Shown here in pieces: positions 1 through 7,309 of a DNA stretch of 34,510 bases. Position numbers and translations under genes: made by a program. This DNA is from Rhodocyclaceae bacterium (GTDB lineage: Bacteria; Pseudomonadota; Gammaproteobacteria; Burkholderiales; Rhodocyclaceae). Each line of letters starts with the position of its first letter. Position 1 is the first letter of the stretch. A model generated the notes under the pieces. It ran no database searches. It worked only from the letters and a program-made list of their open reading frames with translations, and had not been told where the DNA came from. Location of the stretch: the NCBI GenBank assembly GCA_035564055.1, contig DATMTO010000249.1, positions 1 through 34,510 of the forward strand, written 5' to 3'.

Positions 1-1
1 G

Positions 2-1252
2 CTCGAACTGCGCGAACCGCCGCAGGCCGGTGCGACGGCTGGGGGCGGACAGAGCGGCGTGCGAACCGCGAAGGAAGCGAATGATGGCGGCGTCGAGCGC
101 GAGCATCGGTCAGGCAAGGGACAGCGCATCGTGCACAGCGAAAAGCTCACCAACCCGACATCGATCGCCGAGTTCATCAAGGTCCAGACCAACGAAGCCG
201 CCAAGGACAACAAGCAGCCCGACGCGGTCAAGGAAAACGAGGGCGTCAATCCAACCGCCATGGGACGCGACGGCTCAACCGTCAGCTCGCGTCTGCGTCT
301 CGACATTGACGCGCCGGCCAGCGGCCATGACGACATCCTCGTCGGTCCCGGTATCCCTGTGGACGAGTGGGACTACCGCAAGCACATGCTGCTGCCCGAT
401 CATTGCCGCGTGCAGGAGCTGATCGGCCGCCATGACGGTGGTATCCAGTTGCCCGAGCATTTGCGCAAGCATGCGGCGCGGCTCAAACAGCAGTTCAGCG
501 CACTGGTGCCGCAACGTCACTGGCTCAAGGGCCAGCCCGACGGTTCTGAGCCGGACATCGACGCCTGCGTGCGCCTCTACGCCGACCATCTGGCTGCCCG
601 CCTGGGCGGCGGCGGCGCGCACGACATGAAGCAGGACGTGTATCTGGCGCAGCAGCATCGCGAACGTGACCTGTCCTGTCTGGTGCTGGCTGACCTGTCC
701 TTGTCCACCGACGCCTGGGTCACGCACAATCAGCGCGTCATCGACGTGATCCGCGACACCCTGATGCTGTTTTCGGAAGCGCTCACCGCCACCGGCGACA
801 AGTTCGGCCTCTACGGTTTCTCGTCGCAACGCCGCGAGCAGGTGCGCTTTCATCGCATCAAGGAATTCAACGCACCCTATGATCCGATCGCGCGCGGCCG
901 TATTGCCGGACTCAAGCCCGGCTTCTACACGCGCATCGGCGCGGCGGTGCGCCACGCGACGAAGATTCTCGAAAAACAGGAAAGCGCCATGCGCGTGCTG
1001 CTGGTGCTCACCGACGGCAAGCCGCACGACATCGACTACTACGAGGAGCGCTACGGCATCGAGGACACGCGCATGGCGCTGATGGAAGCCAAGAAAAAAC
1101 GCATCAAGCCCTTCTGCGTCACCATCGACCGCGAAGGCTCACACTATCTACCGCATCTGTTCGGCGTGAATGGCTACACCGTGCTGCGCCGTCCCGAGGA
1201 GCTCAGCAGTCGCCTGCCGATTCTCTACGCGCAGCTGACCGGCCAGAACTAG
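2..1252 (+). CDS. VWA-domain NorD/CbbO-family activation protein, C-terminal part (5' end outside window)
   Basis: The frame is open from nt 2, with no stop before the GTG at 59 used by the ORF track, so the gene is cut by the window edge. The C-terminal block LLVLTDGKPHDIDYYEERYGIEDTRMALMEAKKKRIKPFCVTIDRE is the von Willebrand A-type region typical of NorD/CbbO partners of MoxR-like AAA+ proteins. NorD and CbbO cannot be separated without the N-terminus and the upstream neighbour. Confidence 0.7.
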   Translation, partial: LELREPPQAGATAGGGQSGVRTAKEANDGGVEREHRSGKGQRIVHSEKLTNPTSIAEFIKVQTNEAAKDNKQPDAVKENEGVNPTAMGRDGSTVSSRLRLDIDAPASGHDDILVGPGIPVDEWDYRKHMLLPDHCRVQELIGRHDGGIQLPEHLRKHAARLKQQFSALVPQRHWLKGQPDGSEPDIDACVRLYADHLAARLGGGGAHDMKQDVYLAQQHRERDLSCLVLADLSLSTDAWVTHNQRVIDVIRDTLMLFSEALTATGDKFGLYGFSSQRREQVRFHRIKEFNAPYDPIARGRIAGLKPGFYTRIGAAVRHATKILEKQESAMRVLLVLTDGKPHDIDYYEERYGIEDTRMALMEAKKKRIKPFCVTIDREGSHYLPHLFGVNGYTVLRRPEELSSRLPILYAQLTGQN

Positions 1253-1345
1253 CCCATCCTCCCGCCCCCTTTTCCGGGAAGGGGCGACTGCGCTTCGCGG
1301 CTGCACCGCTCCAAAATATTGAATGGCTCCGTAGTTTCAGCCCAA

Positions 1346-1384
1346 GCGGATGTTCGCGCCGCGAACAGGCCGCGTTTGCTTTTT
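1346..1384 (+). terminator. Candidate intrinsic terminator downstream of the VWA gene
   Basis: A palindrome tgttcgcg-c-cgcgaaca lies at 1351-1367. It is extended by gcgg (1346-1349) pairing with ccgc (1370-1373) across a small internal loop. The T-rich tail gtttgcttttt follows at 1374-1384. The element sits in the convergent gap between the genes ending at 1252 (+) and 1465 (-). Confidence 0.45.
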
Positions 1385-1464
1385 CCACGGGGAGTTCCTT
1401 CGGTCAGGGCGGCCCGGCGCAAAGCTGAACGCGGCGTTATCTGCCTCCGCGCAGCGCGTGCACC

Positions 1465-3222
1465 TCAGTTGCACTTGATCCGCTCCGGCTGCGCCGACTT
1501 GGCCCGCAGCCGGGTGCTGCCCACCATCAGGTCCGTCTCCACCGGCGCGACACGCTGAAAGCGGCCGACCGCCAGATCGTCGCGCAGCTTGGGGCACTTG
1601 CCCGGCAGTTCGAAGGTGGTGACGAGCTGCCAGCTGCCGTCGCGATCGGACAGCGCCGCCGCGTAGCCAAAATCCTGCGGCACCAGCAGCACCTCGTTTT
1701 CATCGGCCCCGCTGAAGTTGCCGATGAAGGCATCGCAGCGTCGCTCCGGTTCGCGCAGGCAGGCGGGCAGTTGCCACTTCTGCGCATGGCTGGCCCAGGC
1801 TGTATCGAGGAAACCTTGCGGCCAGATCTTGCCCGGCGTGCGGAGCTGCAGCTGCTCGACCAGCACCGGCTGGGGCAGCATCTGCGACTGCCAGCGATTG
1901 TTCAGTGCCTGCGCGGTCCTGGCCTTGTCGCTGATGACCGGATCGGCATCGGCAGCCAACTGGTCCAGTGCGGCCTTGCCGTAGCGCGCCGCATCGAAGC
2001 GCAGAAATCTGAAATCGAACTGAGTGGCCGGCGTCTTGCCCGAGGCTAGACGGGCTAGCTGGTTATTGACCGACAGACGCGCCGGATCGGCGAGCGGCGA
2101 CAGGATCGCCAGGCCAAGGGCCACGGTCAGCAGCGAAGCGTACAGATTCACACTGGCGATACGCGGCAGCCATTCACCGTTACGGCGCAGCAGCGGTTCG
2201 ACCATCGCCCACAAATAACCGGCTGCGTAAGCAAAGGCAACGCCGATGCCGGCAGCTGCGAAGATGCGATCGGGCGACCAGCCGTACTGGCCGACGCGCA
2301 GATTCAATGCATAGGTCGCGATCAGCACCATCGGCAGCAACAGCACGCAGGCTAGACGTGCAGCTTGCTGCAGCAGGCGATGCGCGGGCTTGTCGGCGGC
2401 GCCGTCCTGAAAGGCGGTATTGATCAGCACCACCAGGACGGCGCACGCGCCCAGCAGCAAGGCGGTGGCGAAACGCGTCTTCCACAACAGTTCGAAGCCG
2501 GCCAGCGGCACCGCAATCAGGAAGGCCGCGACGATCACGGTCAGCAAGGGCAGCAGCCAAGAGAGCATGGTCAGCAGCAGATTGCGGATGCCATTCACGA
2601 TGCCCGGCCGCACGTCGGTGAGATGCAGGCCGCCGGCCACCACCAGCGTCGTCGCCGGCAGCCAGAACCAGTCGTGCCGGATTAGGTCGAACAGCAAGCG
2701 GATCTTGAGCATCATGAAGAGGCCAACGCCGAGCCCCATCACCAACCAGAAGGCGCCGGCGAAGACCGCCGCGAACAGGAGTTGTACGGCGAGCTTCCAG
2801 GCGTTCTCGAAATAGCTGGCGTAGGCGGCCGGCCAGCGGCGATCGCGCTCGCTGGCGAGTACCAGCGACCAGACGATGAAGAGCAGTGGCGCCATCAATG
2901 TCAGCGCAAAGCCGACGTCGTACGAATTCGCACCGGCAACGCCCTGCCCGCGCCATTCGGCATGGGCGGCCACGAACGCCACCACGCCTGCAATCGGCGC
3001 CAGCCAAAGAATCAGGCGACGACGACTCATATAGCCAATACTGACCAGCAGTGGCATCGGCACCAGCACGACGACGCCGCTCAGCGCCGCATACATAAGC
3101 GGCGCAATCTCAGCGCGCAGCTGCAACAGGATGCACAACGCCGCACCCTGGATCAGGCCGATCAGCATCCGCGTGCGTAACACCGCCGCTTCCGGCGCCC
3201 CGATTTCCCTACCCTTCTGCAT
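1465..3222 (-). CDS. Polytopic inner-membrane protein with a C-terminal soluble Cys-containing domain (possibly DUF4153-like)
   Basis: 585-aa ORF. The first ~400 aa are a run of hydrophobic helices (e.g. LLFAAVFAGAFWLVMGLGVGLFMML, LLPLLTVIVAAFLIAVPLAGF). The last ~190 aa are hydrophilic and contain Cys residues (CLREPERRCD, GKCPK, IKCN). An AAGGGAAG SD-like motif precedes the ATG. The gene starts 26 nt after the kup stop. The family name is from memory only. Confidence 0.6.
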   Translation of the reverse strand: MQKGREIGAPEAAVLRTRMLIGLIQGAALCILLQLRAEIAPLMYAALSGVVVLVPMPLLVSIGYMSRRRLILWLAPIAGVVAFVAAHAEWRGQGVAGANSYDVGFALTLMAPLLFIVWSLVLASERDRRWPAAYASYFENAWKLAVQLLFAAVFAGAFWLVMGLGVGLFMMLKIRLLFDLIRHDWFWLPATTLVVAGGLHLTDVRPGIVNGIRNLLLTMLSWLLPLLTVIVAAFLIAVPLAGFELLWKTRFATALLLGACAVLVVLINTAFQDGAADKPAHRLLQQAARLACVLLLPMVLIATYALNLRVGQYGWSPDRIFAAAGIGVAFAYAAGYLWAMVEPLLRRNGEWLPRIASVNLYASLLTVALGLAILSPLADPARLSVNNQLARLASGKTPATQFDFRFLRFDAARYGKAALDQLAADADPVISDKARTAQALNNRWQSQMLPQPVLVEQLQLRTPGKIWPQGFLDTAWASHAQKWQLPACLREPERRCDAFIGNFSGADENEVLLVPQDFGYAAALSDRDGSWQLVTTFELPGKCPKLRDDLAVGRFQRVAPVETDLMVGSTRLRAKSAQPERIKCN

Positions 3223-3248
3223 GCGCTTCCCTTGATGTGGTGGGTGGC

Positions 3249-5132
3249 TTACATCTCCACCTGCGAACCCAGCTCTACCACGCGGTTCGGGGGAATCTTG
3301 AAGAAGGCCGTGGCCGGATCAGCGTTACGGAACATCCACTTGAACAGCACTTCGCGCCACACCGGCATGCCGCGCACCTTCTTGCTCGGGATGATGGTTT
3401 CGCGGGCCAGGAAGAAGGAGGTTTCCATCGGCTCGTAGCAGATGCCATGCTCGCCGCACATGCCCAGCGCCGCCGGCACATCCGGATCGTCCTTGAAGCC
3501 GAAACGCACGACAACGCTGCTGAAACCGTGCTTCAGCCTGCGCACCTCAACCCGGTCGATCTCCGGCACATGCGGCACGTCTTCCATCTGCACGCTGAGC
3601 ATGATGATGCGCTCGTGCAGCACCTTGTTGTGCAATAGATTGTGCAGCATGGCACGCGGCACGCCGTCGGGATTGGGCGTCATGTAGATGCCGGTGCCTT
3701 CGACCCGATGCGGGCCGCCGTAATCCAGGCTGTCGAGGAAGGCATCGAGCGGCATCGCGTCCTGACGCAGCTTGCCGAGCAGCAGGCCGCGGCCCTTGCG
3801 CCAGGTGCTGAGCAGCGCGAACACGGACAGGCCGAGCACCAGCGGGAACCAGCCGCCATCGAGGATCTTGGTGCTGCAGGCGGAGAAGAAGGCGAAGTCG
3901 ATGATGACGAAGCCGGTCAGGAAGATGCCGGCCTGCCACCAGCTCCACTTCCACAGGCTGCGCACCACGATGAAGGCGAGCACCGTGTCGATCATCATGG
4001 TCAGCGTCACCGCGATACCGTACATGGCCGCCAGATTTGACGAACTGCGATAGGTCACGACCAGCAACATCACTGCCAGCAGTAGCAGCCAGTTGATATT
4101 GGGAATGTAGATCTGGCCTTTTTCGCGCTCCGAGGTGAAGTTCACCTGGATGCGCGGGCAGTAACCGAGCTGAATGGCCTGACTGGTCAGCGAGAAGGCG
4201 CCTGAAATCACCGCCTGCGACGCAATCACGGTGGCGCAGGTGGCCAGACCGACCATCGGATACAGCAGCCACGGCGGCACCAGCATGAAGAACGGATTGC
4301 GCAGCGCTTCGGGATTATGCAGCAGCAACGCGCCCTGGCCGAGGTAGTTCAGGTAGAGCATGGGAAACACGAAGCTCAGCCAGGCGTACATGATGGGACG
4401 CCGGCCGAAGTGGCCCATGTCTGCATACAGCGCCTCGCCGCCGGTGATCGCCAGCACCACCGCGCCGAGCGAGAGGAAGGCCGGCAGCGGCTGGGTCACG
4501 AAGAAGTTCCACGCATACCAGGGATTGATCGCCGCCAGCACGCGCGGATGGTCGATCACATTGAGCAGACCCAATACGCCCAGCGTGGCAAACCAGAACA
4601 GCATGACCGGGCCAAACAGGCGCGCCACGCTGGCAGTACCGTGACGCTGGAACAGGAACATGCCGACCAGGATGCCCAAGGTGATGGGCACGACATAGGG
4701 CTTGAACATCGGCGTGGCGACTTCAAGACCTTCGACCGCCGAGAGCACCGACATGGCAGGCGTGATCACTGCATCGCCGTAGAAGAGCGCCGCACCGAAG
4801 ATGCCGAGCACGGCAATCCCCCAGGCCAGACGCGGGCTGCCGTGCGCGGTGCGCAAGGCCAGTGCCGTCAGGGCCATGATGCCGCCTTCGCCGTTGTTGT
4901 CGGCGCGCGTGATGAAGGCGACGTACTTGAGCGAGACAGTGATCGTCATCGCCCAGAACACGAGGGAAAGAATGCCCAGCAGGTTGTCCGGCGTCAGTGC
5001 CAGCGGATGATGGCCGTCGAACACTTCCTTCATCGTGTACAGCGGACTGGTACCGATGTCGCCGTAGACGACACCCATGGCGGCCAGCGCCATGCCGCCG
5101 AGACTGGCCTGTTTACTTGAATCGGAAGACAA
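3249..5132 (-). CDS. kup: KUP/HAK/KT family potassium uptake transporter
   Basis: The signature N-terminus LAAMGVVYGDIGTSPLYTMKEVF, ~12 hydrophobic segments and a C-terminal cytoplasmic domain match Kup over the full length. The ORF track starts at 5225 (ATG). However, a GGAGG motif (complement of 5137-5141) lies 4 nt upstream of a TTG at 5132. That start gives MSSDSSKQASLGGMALAAMGVVYGD, the same N-terminal spacing I remember for E. coli Kup. The start is therefore uncertain (5132 preferred, 5225 possible). Confidence 0.9.
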   Translation of the reverse strand: MSSDSSKQASLGGMALAAMGVVYGDIGTSPLYTMKEVFDGHHPLALTPDNLLGILSLVFWAMTITVSLKYVAFITRADNNGEGGIMALTALALRTAHGSPRLAWGIAVLGIFGAALFYGDAVITPAMSVLSAVEGLEVATPMFKPYVVPITLGILVGMFLFQRHGTASVARLFGPVMLFWFATLGVLGLLNVIDHPRVLAAINPWYAWNFFVTQPLPAFLSLGAVVLAITGGEALYADMGHFGRRPIMYAWLSFVFPMLYLNYLGQGALLLHNPEALRNPFFMLVPPWLLYPMVGLATCATVIASQAVISGAFSLTSQAIQLGYCPRIQVNFTSEREKGQIYIPNINWLLLLAVMLLVVTYRSSSNLAAMYGIAVTLTMMIDTVLAFIVVRSLWKWSWWQAGIFLTGFVIIDFAFFSACSTKILDGGWFPLVLGLSVFALLSTWRKGRGLLLGKLRQDAMPLDAFLDSLDYGGPHRVEGTGIYMTPNPDGVPRAMLHNLLHNKVLHERIIMLSVQMEDVPHVPEIDRVEVRRLKHGFSSVVVRFGFKDDPDVPAALGMCGEHGICYEPMETSFFLARETIIPSKKVRGMPVWREVLFKWMFRNADPATAFFKIPPNRVVELGSQVEM

Positions 5133-5476
5133 GAAACCTCCGGAAATCTTCGCGCCGGAACAACGGGCGCTGTCGGTGCGCGAGAGCGAAAGCGGCCAGA
5201 CGCTGCTTCGCACTTCCCGCTTCAAGATGCTGGCGGATTATACGGCGATTCGTCCGCGCCTGCCCCGACAGAGGGCGGCGGTCGACGCAAATACAACACC
5301 ACCCTGCGGCCACCATTGCAGGAATCCGCCGACATGCCAATCCGAACTCTCGGACATCTAAGGCGCGAGGCCATGGCTAGAGTGGGTTCATGCACCGGGC
5401 CCCGGATATTTCTGTATCGGCGGTGTGTTGGTTGCAGCGCGGGGCACCTCGATATCCACTCAAAAAAGGAGCTGTC

Positions 5477-5791
5477 ATGAAGAAGAATGTAATGAGCCTG
5501 ATCATCACAGGGGTGCTCGCCGCCACCACCGTTGTCGGCTGTGCAGTTACCCGTGAGCAATCGACCGTGGGTGAGTACGTCGACGACGCCACCATCACCA
5601 CGCAGGTAAAGGCCAAGTTCGCGGACGATCCGACCGTGAGCGCCATGGCCATCAGCGTGGAAACACTACGCGGTACGGTACAGCTGTCGGGCTTCGCCAA
5701 GAGCGCCGCCGAACGCAGCCAGGCCGAGGCGATCGCCTCGCGCGTCAAGGGCGTGAAGGCCATCAAGAACGACATCGTGGTGCGCCGCTAA
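5477..5791 (+). CDS. BON-domain (OsmY-like) lipoprotein
   Basis: The ATG at 5477 is preceded by AAGGAG (5466-5471). The sequence has a signal peptide with lipobox VVGC (MKKNVMSLIITGVLAATTVVGC). It then has a single BON-like domain: DDATITTQVKAKFADDPTVSAMAISVETLRGTVQLSGFAKSAAERSQAEAIASRVKGVKAIKNDIVV. The ORF-track start at 5390 adds a non-signal-like extension. Confidence 0.85.
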   Translation: MKKNVMSLIITGVLAATTVVGCAVTREQSTVGEYVDDATITTQVKAKFADDPTVSAMAISVETLRGTVQLSGFAKSAAERSQAEAIASRVKGVKAIKNDIVVRR

Positions 5792-5819
5792 ATCCGCACG
5801 CCGCACTCACACCATCCAA

Positions 5820-5839
5820 GCGGGCCGCTACCGGCCCGC
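5820..5839 (+). repeat. Perfect 8-bp all-GC hairpin (gcgggccg-ctac-cggcccgc) between the BON gene and the next gene
   Basis: Read directly from the sequence: 5820-5827 pairs with 5832-5839 around the loop ctac. No U-tract follows. The next SD (aaggag) and the ATG at 5856 follow within 17 nt. Confidence 0.5.
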
Positions 5840-5855
5840 CTCAAAGGAGAACTGC

Positions 5856-6368
5856 ATGAAGAAAATTCTGACCGGAATGCTGGCAGGTTGCGCCATGAGC
5901 GCCGCCCTTGGAATCAACGTCGCTCACGCCGAGGATTCGCCCTATTACAAGAGCGAAATTGCCAAGGCCAGCGCACAATATGAGGCCGACAAAAAACGCT
6001 GCGACACGCTCAAGGGCAATGACCGAGACGTGTGTCTGGAGCGGGCTTCGGCCAACCTGAAGATCGCCGAAGCCGACCTCAAGGCCTATGAAAAGAACAC
6101 CTCGGCCGCCGCCATCAAGGCCGAGGACGAGCGAATTTCCCAGGACTACAAGGTCGAGAAGGAAAAGTGCGACGTCTATAAGGGCAATGCCAAGGATATC
6201 TGCGTGGCCCAGGCCAATGCGACCAAGATGCGCCGCGAAGGCAACCTGAAGGCGCTCGAATCGAAGCTGGAAGGCGAATACAAGTTGGCCGTGGAGAAGT
6301 GCGAGACCTTCTCGGGCGACAAGCGTTCGGCCTGCAAGGACGAAGCCAAGCGCAAGTACAAGCCTTGA
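5856..6368 (+). CDS. Secreted protein with three tandem Cys-pair repeats, function unknown
   Basis: SD aaggaga lies upstream. The N-terminal signal is MKKILTGMLAGCAMSAALGINVAHA, with either an AHA/ED SPase I site or an early LAGC lipobox. The mature part is Lys/Glu-rich and contains three copies of Y-x3-4-K-C-[DE]-x-[LYF]-x-G-x4-5-C: YEADKKRCDTLKGNDRDVC, YKVEKEKCDVYKGNAKDIC and YKLAVEKCETFSGDKRSAC. Confidence 0.75.
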   Translation: MKKILTGMLAGCAMSAALGINVAHAEDSPYYKSEIAKASAQYEADKKRCDTLKGNDRDVCLERASANLKIAEADLKAYEKNTSAAAIKAEDERISQDYKVEKEKCDVYKGNAKDICVAQANATKMRREGNLKALESKLEGEYKLAVEKCETFSGDKRSACKDEAKRKYKP

Positions 6369-6380
6369 TGCACTGATGAA

Positions 6381-6404
6381 TCTGGCCAGCTCCGGCTGGC
6401 CAGA
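6381..6404 (+). repeat. Perfect 10-bp hairpin (tctggccagc-tccg-gctggccaga) between the Cys-repeat gene and the ferritin-like gene
   Basis: Read directly from the sequence: 6381-6390 is the exact reverse complement of 6395-6404, with loop tccg. No U-tract follows. The SD ggagg and the ATG at 6420 follow within 15 nt. Confidence 0.55.
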
Positions 6405-6419
6405 CTACGGAGGAACACC

Positions 6420-7004
6420 ATGCCCAGCTCCAACGAAAACCCCGCGTTGCTGACCCCGGCGGCGAAAGCGCCACTCGCCAGCACGCGTGACTTCCTTTCC
6501 GACGTCGAGACCCTGCGCGCGCGGGCGCGCCGGCAAATCGACGACGGCGCCGTCACCGGCGACTACGGCATCGATCCCGGCCTGGCCGCGAGGGTACTGA
6601 ATACCGCGCTGGCAACGGAACTGATTTGCGTGCTGCGTTATCGTCATCACTATTTCGTGGCGCGCGGACTCAACTCGGAACCGATCGCCCAGGAATTCCT
6701 CACCCATTCAAACGAGGAACTCGCCCATGCCGACCGCATCGCGCAGCGCATTGTGCAGCTGGGTGGAGCGCCGGATCTGGACCCGTCCGGACTGGCAGCA
6801 CGCAGCCACGCCGAATATGTGACGCCGCCGACGCTGACCGACATGATCCGCGAAAACCTGGTGGCCGAACGCATCGCCATCGAGAGCTATCGCGAGATGA
6901 TCGCATTCTTTGGCGATCGCGATCCGACTACGCGCGCAATGCTGGAGGCCATCCTCGCAGTCGAGGAAGAGCACGCCGACGAGCTGGCCGATCTGCTGGC
7001 CTAA
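6420..7004 (+). CDS. Ferritin-like (bacterioferritin/Dps superfamily) domain protein
   Basis: Four-helix-bundle di-iron type motifs are present: ELICVLRYRHHY, EELAHADRIAQRI, ERIAIESYREMI and LAVEEEHADELADLL (E...ExxH pairs). A ~45-aa N-terminal extension precedes the bundle. Confidence 0.8.
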   Translation: MPSSNENPALLTPAAKAPLASTRDFLSDVETLRARARRQIDDGAVTGDYGIDPGLAARVLNTALATELICVLRYRHHYFVARGLNSEPIAQEFLTHSNEELAHADRIAQRIVQLGGAPDLDPSGLAARSHAEYVTPPTLTDMIRENLVAERIAIESYREMIAFFGDRDPTTRAMLEAILAVEEEHADELADLLA

Positions 7005-7047
7005 TGCCATTTCAGAACGTGCGGCTTACGCAGAAAGGGAGCAAAAA

Positions 7048-7287
7048 ATGGAAATCGTCTGGTTGATACTGGTGGGGCTGATCGCCGGCTGGCTGGCCGG
7101 CATGCTGGTCGGCGCCGGCGGCTTTGGTGTCATTGGCGACATCGTGATCGGCATACTCGGCGCCCTGATCGGCGGCTGGCTGTTCGGCGGCATGTGGCCA
7201 GCCGGCGGATTGCTCGGCTCGATACTGATCGCCACCCTGGGTGCCGTCATCCTGCTGGTGGTACTGCGGCTGATCCGGCGCGCCTAG
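7048..7287 (+). CDS. GlsB/YeaQ/YmgE family stress-response membrane protein
   Basis: The ATG at 7048 is preceded by aagggag. The 79-aa Gly-rich protein, MEIVWLILVGLIAGWLAGMLVGAGGFGVIGDIVIGILGALIGGWLFG..., is the characteristic transglycosylase-associated/YeaQ pattern. The ORF-track start at 6910 overlaps the preceding gene and is unlikely. Confidence 0.85.
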   Translation: MEIVWLILVGLIAGWLAGMLVGAGGFGVIGDIVIGILGALIGGWLFGGMWPAGGLLGSILIATLGAVILLVVLRLIRRA

Positions 7288-7309
7288 CCATGCGCCATGC
7301 AGCGGCGAC

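Noticed and set aside
275-1027. Long antisense or alternative-frame ORFs throughout the window. Examples are 275-1027 (-), 2180-3007 (-), 4317-5120 (+), 7856-8650 (+), 11187-11915 (-), 16383-17078 (-), 18625-19266 (-), 21921-22547 (-), 24271-25026 (-), 26502-27146 (-), 31981-32727 (-) and 32803-33549 (-).
   Set aside because: Each lies entirely inside, and opposite to or out of frame with, a gene that has clear family motifs. Their translations are Arg/Ala/Gly/Pro-rich low-complexity strings, typical of stop-codon-poor shadow frames in GC-rich DNA. No motifs, SD sequences or signal peptides were seen.
6910-7047. The upstream extension of the YeaQ-family ORF (125 aa in the track).
   Set aside because: It overlaps the ferritin-like gene 3' end in another frame. 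The family is ~80 aa, and the ATG at 7048 has a strong aagggag SD.
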